From: Perkinsus chesapeaki ATCC PRA-425
Taxonomy: Eukaryota; Protista; Perkinsozoa
DNA: 64,000 nt
NCBI GenBank assembly: GCA_013115145.1
Contig: JAAPAO010000008.1
Coordinates: 62,001 to 126,000 of the forward strand
Direction of reading: 5' to 3'
Shown here piece by piece: positions 54,219 through 64,000 of the stretch. Every line of letters starts with the position of its first letter. Position 1 is the first letter of the stretch. Below the pieces are notes generated by a model that was given only the letters and a program-made list of their open reading frames with translations, searched no databases and was not told where the DNA came from. A program made the position numbers and the translations under genes.

Positions 54219-57200
54219 ATGATTCGAGCATTCCTTGCTCACTCCCCTATAGGCTCGTTCGGTGGAGTTCACACTGATATAGAAGGCACCACGAGGGCGC
54301 CTCTTTCCCGTTCCAATACCAGTAAGTATCGTCAGCAGTTTCACCAGATCGGGTATGATAGAGTTTCCGTTTCGTTTTGTTAAGGTCATCAGCGCTTGGC
54401 GAATACCTCCGAGCTCCGCAAGGCTGGATCGGATGGAAAGCTATCTCAGTCTGAGCTGCTAAGAATCAAGAAAGCATATGAAGAGGCTGACAGCGAAACT
54501 AAAGACGTGAACGCTGGCGAGTATCTTTTCCTTGGTAAGCTGATTGAAGGAAGTTATATTATTGTGTGGAAATACATTCGCATTAGGTAATTTCACAATG
54601 CAGTTTTGGAATGCATTTAATAACTGGAACTTCCGTTATTGGGTATGCTTATTATTTGTTGGATTCGCCGTTTACACTGGTGAACATTTATCTACTTACT
54701 TCTTAACAAAAGCAGCAATCAGCCAGAACCAAGAGGCAGCGGAGATGCTTACATCTCCATTTCAATCATTGGCTGGATACTTCTACTTCATTATTGGTCC
54801 GGTAAGTTTTTAGAATTCTTTAAAATCTTATAATCTCCTATTCCAGCTAACGCTTCTCGTCGGTGGCGTAGTGTTGTTGCTCAACCCGTACGTAAAGCAC
54901 ACTCACACCATAGTAGCGACATCTATACTACTGACGCTATTCTGTGAATTCGTATGTGTGGTTGGAAGCCCCGATACCTTCACGGCTATGAGGCCTATGT
55001 CGGTTCCTATGGTATTATTCCTTACGTGCATGAGTTCAAGACTATTTCCGAGTGTTAGCTTTCTGGCGGTTGCGCTATATCTTATTGGTAAGTGGTTGTT
55101 AGTACATCAGCAGTTACAATCACTTCTTTCAGGTATTGATTTCGCGTTGCTTGTATGCAGCTGCTCTGGTGGTTATACGCCTTCTTACAAGATGATGATT
55201 CTGGCCGGTGTTCTATGTCATTGGTTTGTAAGCTCAACAATATCCTTCCCATATCTCTTATTGTTGCTTTTCATTAGGTATTCGGTCTGTGTCTGGTTGG
55301 TAGCAGTAATCTGCTCCGTGCTCAAGCTGATCTATTCTCTCTTATGATGGATAGATTACAGTTTAAAGAGAGAGCTGACGGTGCTTATGATTTGGGAATA
55401 CATGTAGGTCTCGCTACTTCTATGCCTTTATACTTTACCCTAATTCTCCTTCGTTCGGAAGTAACCAACAATGGAAATATGCCGCAATATTTTTTAGGGT
55501 GTAAGCCTCCCGATGCTGAGCTATTTCAAAAATAATTACACAGCACCAATCTCACATACATTCGACTCTAATGTCGATGAGAAAGAGTAAGTATGGGCCA
55601 GCTCCCATTCTACTAGCTGTATCGTAAAGTCACTTTACGCTACACTACACTTTACTAAAGTGTATTGAGTGTGTACTTGCATCGCCGCCAGGTATCACTT
55701 ATGGGCAAGATCTCGGCAGACCTTCTGGATTACCCGTCATATGAGATGGGCAGTGGCCGGTGTCTTGCTGTGAGTCCTCGCAGGCTGTCAACTCGTTTTA
55801 ATGCGTACCGGCTTTTAGACTGGTTTCGGCAATGATTTTTGTCGCTGTCAACTTCCATGGCCCGCTGAACGGCAACACTGTGAGTATGGTATCCGGCGTA
55901 GTGGTAAGCCAGCCACGGGTATCCTATGATCCCTGCTTTTATGCCTCGTCCAGGTTCAAGTGGCGAGTGTTCTACTCCTATTCATAGCGGTCTGCCTGAC
56001 AGTCGTATCGTTCGGCAAGCCGCGCCGTCTTGTAGCCGCTGGCCTCTTGTTCTTTGTATCGTCGTCTCTCTTCTCCTGCGTCTACGTCTACAACTTCGGA
56101 CGGGCTGTAGAAGATGTAAGTTGCCTCTCCACTCTCCACTATGGTTATATTTTCTCAATACCTCACTTGAGAGAGTGCTCTTATCATGCCACTTCGCTAA
56201 ACTCCGAAATTCTGATTCATCTCCGCTGGTGTACTGTATATTCGATACCAAGGCCCATAGCGAACCGTACAAGAAAAGAGTCTGTCACCCCGTAGACTGT
56301 GAAATCCGTACACTAAGATGCCATTCAGTGTTTTATCCTACGGGTAGCCAAATCAAACTGCTAACATTACTCTTTTTCAGCCTGGCTCTAATTCGCTCGG
56401 TCTTCACCGCTATGGCCCAGCAGTACTGAGAATGGTATGGGTAGCTGACCCAGTAAGTACTGTAGGCAGTATCGACACTGTGTACTTTTGGACTTTAGGG
56501 CCTCTCAACAATAATAGCTAGTCATGTTACAATGTCGGATATCGGTGCCGGGCGCCTTCTGCTTATCGATATTATTGTTACCATTGGTGTCATTGCAAGG
56601 TAGTATCCCCCATCCTAATTGCCCATCTTTTTTTGCTCAGTTCGTTGTTCTGGCTGGAGAACACCTCTGTGTTGTTGTCCATGACAGATTTAGTTAATTT
56701 CGTCATAGTCGTCGCAGTCGGTAGGCGGCATTGGAAGCACATCAATTGAATATATGCGGCTATTTTCTTTCAGCGTTCTTGTATACATTGAATCTTGAAA
56801 GCCATTGGCGCTTACTGTGGGCTATGTCCCGTGATAGAGTGCCAACATCTCCAGATACGTATGTATCTGTAGAAGGATGTGCCACTGAATTCAGTACCAA
56901 AACTATGTACTATTTCCGAGTCCATAAAAAGAGTGGTATGACCTTTACAGAATTTCGGGCCGAGATTATGCTGCTTTAGATTCCTATCTTTCCCTGCAGT
57001 CCACGAGAAGGTTGCGAGATCTTCTTGTGAAAGAAGCTGCCGAGAACCCCAAGGGCTGGCAGCAGTAAGATTACATACAGTGTGATCTGGTAGGACTTTG
57101 GCGGCTCTTGTAGGTACATTGACTTAAGTTTTGATAACCTTGATCATGCTGGTGAAGGTGTTATCGAGACTAGAATGCATAGATTACAAGTTGTTATTAA

Positions 57201-60200
57201 TGGTATTGTTAATCGTCGTCCAGATCTGGTAAGTGTACAGGTATAATAATAATGATTAATCATTCCTTTAATAGGTATCAAAGATGTTCCCTCGTCCTGA
57301 GGGTAATCATGTACCTAGAATGAATATTACTCTTATTGATGTTGGCAGTCGTGGTGATGTCGAACCATATATCGCTGTATCTCAAGTAGGACGTTCGGCT
57401 CCTGCGTATTCGTTCAATCCTAATCAAACTTTGTAGGAGCTCAACGCTATGGGTCATCATTGCCGCATTTGCACCCATGATAAATTCCGTGATGTAGTGG
57501 AAAAGGAAGGTGTCCAATTCTTTCCCATGGCTCTTGATGCTCCCGGCCATTGGCAGCCAGAAGAGTTCATGAAGTAAGGACTGTCTAGGTAGCACCAGTA
57601 CAGCGCTAATGTCAGGCACGGTGCCGAGGGACCTTCGTGGAGCCCGAGCTTCCTGGTGAACCCATCGGATATGCTGTATATATTGCAGCATACTCCGGGC
57701 ATGATGGAATCCCTTCGAGAGATCTTTTTCCCTCCAGGATGGGAAACAGACAAGGTCGGGGCATGGGCAGCTGTAAAGAGTAAGCCTGATCTCGTACGGC
57801 ACCTTAAACGGAAACTGGCCCTTTGGTAGGTAATCGTGAAAGCCGTTGGACGACACATGCTATGATCGCCAATCCTCCCTCCTACATTCATGTTCATCTT
57901 GCTGAGCGTCTCGGAGTTCCCCTGCATATGTGAGCGAGTAGGTTGTCCATTAGGCAATGCCGCCGTAGGTACTTCTCTATGCCGTGGTCTAAGACCAAGA
58001 TACTGGGCCATCCGTTCAGTTCCAATGGTATGGACGATAATCCGTATTGGCGTCTACTCAGCTATCGCTGGTTCGATCAAGTAAGTTGAGTATGTCACCT
58101 ATATGGTAGGAATACCCCATCACATCAGATGCAATGGCGTGGTATAGCAGCGGTAGTGCCGAAATTCAGAGCAGAGGTCCTACACATTCCCAAGATAGGC
58201 ATGTGGCATTCAGCTGGATCGCTGTTAGAAGACTGGGGGGTGAGCTCTGCTGCATGTACTAGGTCATTGATTTCAGCAGGTTCCGTTCTCATACTCGTTC
58301 TCCCCGACACTCTTCCCGAAGCCTCCGGATTGGGGCCCGAATATCGACATTACAGGATTCTGCACTGGACCAGGTGAAACTCTTACAATGCATCATGAAC
58401 TAAATGGAAATCATGTCAGATGAGGATAAGGCGAGCTATAATCCTCCGGCGAATCTTGCCAACTTCTTAAGCAGCGGACCTAAGCCCTTCTATATTGGCT
58501 TTGGCAGTATTAGTGGTGATCTTACTTACATGTAAGGCCTAATTATGTGGCGCAGTGATGCTCTATGTGGCTGTTTAGATTTAAGCCTATCTTGCAATCT
58601 GTTAAGGAAATGCCCAATTTGAGGGTCGTACTGCAGAAGGGTTGGTGTGAGCTCAACAGTATATCTGCTTCGGACTTCACCTCTATACCGAGTAAGGCGG
58701 ATAGTTACTCATTCTGTCTGGGGCTCGCCGGCTTGTCGTATTCTTGTCTTGTTAGACTTCAAAGAGAGAGTATTCTTTATTTGCACGCCTCCTGAGCGTT
58801 GCCCGAAATGTGGCAGGAAGCCGGATGCATACTCACAGTAGGTTAACCATCTGATCGGCTGTCACTGGGGGATCGATCATGAGCTATAATGGAGTGGTGA
58901 GTGATGGTTTCTCATTTTTCAGTAATGGTTTATTCTGTGATGAATGTGATGGTTCATCAATAGAGGATGCTGAAGGGACGTGGGAATACGATATGTTGAA
59001 AGCATTAGGATCTGATAATATATCCTTCTTATCTGGTATTTATATTAATATTATATAATATTAAATACTTCCCTCCAACAGGTATACCACATGATTGGCT
59101 ATTCCCTAAATGTTGTGCTGTAATGCATCATGGCGGTGCTGGTACCACTGCCATGGGTTTGGACTTCGGCCTTCCTACCTGTGTTATTTCATTCTTTGGA
59201 GACCAATGGATCTGGGGTAACCTCCATATCGCGGGCTTGACCAAAATCCCTTCCTTCAGGTGGCCTCCTTGAGCTTCGCGGTGCTGGGCGTTGCATACAT
59301 AGAGATAACGCCAGTGTGAAAACCATCCGCCCGGCCTTGGAGGGCTGTATGACGAAGGAAGCTGTCGCTGCCGCTAAGACGTTGCAAAAGGGCTTGCTGG
59401 TAAGTTGGACAGTTGTGGAGTTCATTGCAGCATTTTCCTGTATTGTTAGGATGAGCGAGATCGAGGTATGGGTGCTCATGAAGCAGCTCTTAGTTTCCAA
59501 CGTCAATTACCATTAGAGCTAGTTACTTGTGAATTATGTAGAGTAATGGCTCGATGGGAACCAGATATGTCATATAGGCCAAGAGCAGCTGAATATCGTG
59601 ATACAGTTAGAGATATTGGTTTATGTAATATAATATTATTAACCATAATAATATATTAGTTATATTCAGGTCCGGTATGTGCTGTTACATTAGCTGAATC
59701 TGAAGGATTAGTAGTAGCACCATTCCGAACAGCTGATTGGGGCAGGACCAGAGGAGGCATCCTTTATGTTCATTTCGTACGTTTTAGCATTATGCATTGA
59801 TGACTCCGTTAACTGTCATCTTCACTACAGGTTAAGGCTCTTGGTGCCGCAACGGCAGTTTTCAAGAGTATGATCCAAGGCGGTCATACTGGGGGAGTGT
59901 ATGGCTTCTTCATTGGTAAGGAATCGCTCTTGAACTAGGAGAACCATCACCCGTATCTCAGGAATTGTCGCCGGCATTTTCGAGTTCCTTGTGTTCATCG
60001 TTCTCGCTCCATTTGTCTTTATTCGTGATAGTTGGTGGGTAGCCACTCAGTTGGCTCAAGGAACTGCAGGTAGGGCGCTCAAGCTTGGTCAATATGTACT
60101 GAATGATATCATCAGACGGTCGACAGCACGGTGGATTCGATACTAAGTTGTGTGACAGGGAACTCCTTGAAGGAATGGTCAGCAGGGATACGGATAACGT

Positions 60201-60627
60201 TACGATTTTGTAGGTGGTATTGTCTTTAGGTTGTGGTACATGATGAAGCAAACCACGACATCCGGGCTGTTGCAAAAGATACACTGAAGGAGGATGATGA
60301 AGTGCTAAGTGCAACAGAGACAACGAAATTGACGGAGAGGACAGAGAGAGCCCTCAATGAGCTAGTACAGAAGTAAGGTGCCCTAGGAGTTCAGCAGCAG
60401 TCGACTAGCTATCCCGTCTCAGCCGATCTCGAGTACAGAGAATGACCGAAGCGGTCTGCCAGCTGTTCGAGCGTCGTGGAGTCGGTATTGAGCTCACAGC
60501 TAAGAACGCGTATGAAGAGCCGCTGATTGAGCGGAAGATGATAATAGCCGCTGAAGACGATGAAGCTACGAGTAGTGTCGAGACAACACCTGAGGCTCGC
60601 CCTTCGGTACCTGATATGGCAGAGTAG
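54219..60627 (+). CDS. Multi-pass membrane domain + PX-like + ATG26/UGT80-type sterol glucosyltransferase fusion, copy 2 (tandem paralogue)
   Basis: Start MIRAFLAHSPIGSFGGV aligns with copy 1 MIRSGIVLSTEPSFGGV. Same exon chain and motifs (VGSRGDVEPY, PHDWLF, HHGGAGTT, FFGDQ), ending ...ARPSVPDMAE. Confidence 0.8.
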
Positions 60628-60890
60628 TTCAACGCTTGCCAAGTAGCCTTAGGCAATTACATTGCCTCCTTTCCCTCTCAATGCTCTTTTCCTTATGTGA
60701 GCAGCAGCATGTCAATGAACCTTATGTATAACAGTGATGTAGTATTGAATGATGTGCTCACTTAAAAACTGTCAGTATTCGGTAAATTACCCGCCTTGGT
60801 GAATTACTCGCCTTTTGTAACCTCGACTGGCGTCACCTAGTCATCCCGCTACTGCAATTTGTCTATTTCGGCAGCAGCCAGCCTTCCTAT

Positions 60891-61889
60891 ATGTTGAGTT
60901 CGGTTATCGATTTTACTGATTGGGCCTGCAGCTTCGGGGTACTTTCTTCTACCGTTATGACACAATGGTCCAGCACAGTGCCGCCCGGGTGGCAAATTGT
61001 TTCAGCTCAGGATACCAAGCCGTACCGACAAGCATATACTTTACGAGATCGAGTGGTTCCTATAAAAACCGGCCTACCCCCTGCCAGGCCAAGGATGAGC
61101 TTGTTAGGCGGAACGTATAGGCGCCATTGCTCTAAGTGCCCCGAATACTCCTATACAGACCCCACAGCATTGCGGCAGCATTGCAAGAGCGAGTGGCACG
61201 TTGACAATGTGAAAAGGTCTCAGAGTGGCTTGGCGCCATTAAGCTACGAGGAGTGGTTACAGCTGTCTTTGGCATCTGACTCTGAAGAGCCCACTGAGGT
61301 CGATTCTGAGGAGGAAGAAGCCGAGGAATTCTCTGAACCGGAGATTAATGGTTTTATAATGGATAATTATCCATGGAAGATTCTAACTAACTGCTCGCCG
61401 AGGATAGCGCTCGCTTCGACAATAGATCCTGACGTTTGGGCCAGCTCAGAAATAGTGGTCGTTTTACTCTTCCGGAGCGGGAGGTTTGCCGGATGTGTCT
61501 GGGATGGTGATGGTAAAGTTATAGAACATACGACCTTTAAAAAGTGCACAGTTCGACGGAAACAAGGCGGAGCTCAGAGAAACTTCGAACAAGCTAAGTC
61601 GATGGGCGCGTTTATGAGGCGAACGCAGGATGCCAAGATCAGAGAGGATGTCTCCGAGTTGATATCCGACCGATGGCGAGAGTATCTATCCAATCCAAAA
61701 GCGTTAGTCCTAGTTGGCTCCCCAAGGCAGGATCAGAACTCTGTCTTCGTGGGGCCATTGAAGAATGGCTACAAGGACCCTAGGGTGGCTAAGGTGCCAC
61801 TGACATTCAGGGCACCGACGTTCACTGAGACCTTGAGGGTATATGATGTATTGATGCGGGTAATGGTCGAAGTGCCCCCTGATGATTGA
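60891..61889 (+). CDS. VMS1: Vms1/ANKZF1-like protein: C2H2 zinc finger + VLRF1 domain, intronless
   Basis: HCSKC...LRQHCKSEWHVDNVKRSQSGLAPLS (Vms1/Rei1-type ZnF); VLLFRSGRFAGCVW, HTTFKKCTVRRKQGGAQ, SMGAFMRR, DPRVAKVPLTFRAPTFTE. The ATG at 60957 is an alternative start. Confidence 0.85.
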   Translation: MLSSVIDFTDWACSFGVLSSTVMTQWSSTVPPGWQIVSAQDTKPYRQAYTLRDRVVPIKTGLPPARPRMSLLGGTYRRHCSKCPEYSYTDPTALRQHCKSEWHVDNVKRSQSGLAPLSYEEWLQLSLASDSEEPTEVDSEEEEAEEFSEPEINGFIMDNYPWKILTNCSPRIALASTIDPDVWASSEIVVVLLFRSGRFAGCVWDGDGKVIEHTTFKKCTVRRKQGGAQRNFEQAKSMGAFMRRTQDAKIREDVSELISDRWREYLSNPKALVLVGSPRQDQNSVFVGPLKNGYKDPRVAKVPLTFRAPTFTETLRVYDVLMRVMVEVPPDD

Positions 61890-62016
61890 TAGACTGCTGT
61901 ATGCCCCATTTACTGTACAGTAGAGGTGTAGAATTAACTAGCATTATCGCTGGTCACATCATGCTCGTTTTGTTCGAGTTTTCAATCTTGTTGTCTTTGG
62001 AGTTCCCCTTAACTAT

Positions 62017-64000
62017 ATGGCTGCTGTTCGGACCGCCGCCCAGAGCCGCTTTGACGATCCTGCATTCCAAGGGTGAGATCTGTGGCAGTGCGCCGACCAA
62101 GAGCATGCAGGTACCGGTGGATGGACAACTCAGTAGAGAGTCGACGTGAAGGGGAAGCGAGTCGCTGCGCTAAACTCTACACCGAAGTGGTGGCTAATGT
62201 AAGGAGCACTTAGCCGGCAATGTGCTTAAGAGAGATGCAGGCTAATAAGCTGTATCGAACATTACATCCCGAAGAGGAGGACGAAGGTGATCTTGAGATT
62301 GGCGTCTTCGGCACGCAGTAAGATAGTTTTCCCAGTCTGATGGGAAAGAATACGGTACACTAGATACAGCCAGCCGGTATTGATGGTTGGTCGTGTGTGC
62401 TGTGAAGCCGACGAGAATCTTCAACCAGTGCCAGAGCCGTTGAACCTCAATCCACAGAGCCTTCTACTGGAGCCTATCTTCACTGGTACCTCATTTACTT
62501 ACTAATTATTACTTAATTTGACATTCAGGAGGTCCAGGAGTGAGTGGCCGAGGCAGGAGACTCGTCCTTAACGTGCAATCTTTGGACAGTTACACGGGTA
62601 GTACTGCCAGTTGTTCAGTAGTGATGCCCATCGTCGTGGCAGTCTTTCCTGGTTGTGTGGTGGGCGTTGTTGGGCGTACAAGCCCCAATAGTTGCGGATC
62701 GGAGATTCTCGCGGAGGCGATGGTAACTGGAGCAGGCGAGCAGTGGGTGAAGAAAGATGCCGTAAACGAGTAAGAACTGTGATTCCAGCATTATGGGGAC
62801 AGTTCTTCATCAGACAAACTATCTCCTTGGAAATAGCTCACACCGACGGGTCACCCATTCATATTGTCTGCGCTAGTGGGCCATTCCAGACCATCAAGGG
62901 AACAGCGAAGGGTGGAGAGAGGCTAGATATCCTTTCAAAGTGGGGCTTCTGGTATCGATATCTTTCCTCTATAGACGACGCTCAGGTATATATCTGACTT
63001 TAAGCCAGCGGTACTTCTTTTGATGGGACCATTTCTGGATGCGGATGTGATGGAAGCTACGCTGTTTGATGGGGTACTCGAGGAGGAGTGTCAAGGAATG
63101 TTCCTAAGGGTTTAGGTGGAGAATCCTGTCAGTTTTGAAGACACATTTAACAAGGCAATACTTCCAAGGATTGTCAAGTTGGCGCTTGGGTGTCGAGAGA
63201 CTAGAACGCATGTAAGAAGGGAGGCACTCTAAGCTTTGTAGAACATCCGCCCGTGAAGCGCTTGGTGCCGTGGTTATCCAATAGCAGCTCCCTGCGTAGT
63301 GATGCGATGGCTGTAGGATTCGGTCTAGAGCTACTGGTTTGGTTATTGATCACTGTATTGATAACTCCTATGTGTCTTCTCTTCGCAGCTCATTATCATC
63401 CCTTCCCTTAACGAGTGCTGCTTTAACTACCCCTTGCCTCAGCCAACGTAATAACATTGCATCTCAACTAGTAAGAGTATTAGTCATATTCAGGCTCATG
63501 GCAATGCGGGCCTATGAGCCTTGGGCTACTCTGGCCAAGCACTTAGAGCCGATGCGTCATGTAGCTTTACTTCTACACTTTGTCGATAGATACCATTGCG
63601 CAGGTTCGGCTCGGGCCTAATCCATGCTCCATACGCCTCAACGATGTCACCTTCTACGTCACCTCTGCTGGTACTGACAGGCTAGATGTGGCTTGCGGAC
63701 ATTGAAGTATGTAGATCCTTTCAAATCCTTCACCAGCGAGATTCTCAGCAAGGCACCTGGGAACGAGAATCGTCCTAATAAGATAGAGCTCGCATTAGAG
63801 CAGGTGTGGCGACTAGTATTATTCGACCCGATCTCATTGTACTTAGTTCGTCTCCCATCGGTCTTTATTCCCTATGAGCCCGTCGCCTCTACTTATCGAT
63901 GCCAATAAGCTCAGGGCTGGCTCCCTTAGAATGCCTGACGCTACCGGCATAGTGGTAGTCCAGCCCTTTATTGGGGACTCCAACAGTGCTGCTTGGCTCA
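62017..64000 (+). CDS. POLA2: DNA polymerase alpha subunit B (multi-exon, runs off the window end)
   Basis: GRRLVLNVQSLDSY|AVFPGCVVGVVG (OB fold), IVCASGPF, KPAVLLLMGPFLD, NPCSIRLNDVTFYVTS, IELALEQ. The start at 62017 (MAAVRTAAQSRF) is inferred. Confidence 0.85.

Noticed and set aside
60039-60060. GTAGCCA-CTCAG-TTGGCTCAAG resembles the perkinsid/dinoflagellate spliced leader (CCGTAGCCATYTTGGCTCAAG)
   Set aside because: It lies inside a coding exon (VATQLAQG), the spacing is wrong, and the paralogue encodes the same peptide without the match. Best explained as coincidence, not an SL relic.

Overview
This is gene-dense eukaryotic protist DNA with many short GT-AG introns, mostly about 25-60 nt. 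The intron style and the alveolate-type RPS11 C-terminus suggest a perkinsid (Perkinsus-like) genome; this is inference, not a database match. There is one 99-N gap at 36940-37038. All gene models were spliced by hand, so exon boundaries and termini are approximate. Recognisable genes in order: multi-RRM protein, UDP-glucose 6-dehydrogenase, RPS11, COPI-associated membrane protein (-), intronless dsRBD-like/low-complexity protein, RING-H2 protein, DCN1-like protein, TauE/SafE exporter, MOT1-family molybdate transporter, CHD6-9-like remodeller, DnaJ, a secreted protein cut by the gap, kinesin (-), SH3BP5-like protein (-), RIC1, two tandem membrane-domain/sterol-glucosyltransferase fusion genes, Vms1/ANKZF1-like protein and POLA2 (runs off the window). 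The strongest candidate for an undescribed system is the tandem pair at 47.5-60.6 kb. Each copy reads as about 12 TM helices (6+6), a PX-like domain, an ATG26/UGT80-type glucosyltransferase with a C4 zinc ribbon inserted next to the sugar-donor motif, and a C-terminal domain. The two copies share near-identical AT-rich tracts between diverged segments. Second is a CHD remodeller whose bromodomain appears inserted inside chromodomain 2. No rRNA, tRNA, CRISPR array or intact mobile element was recognised.
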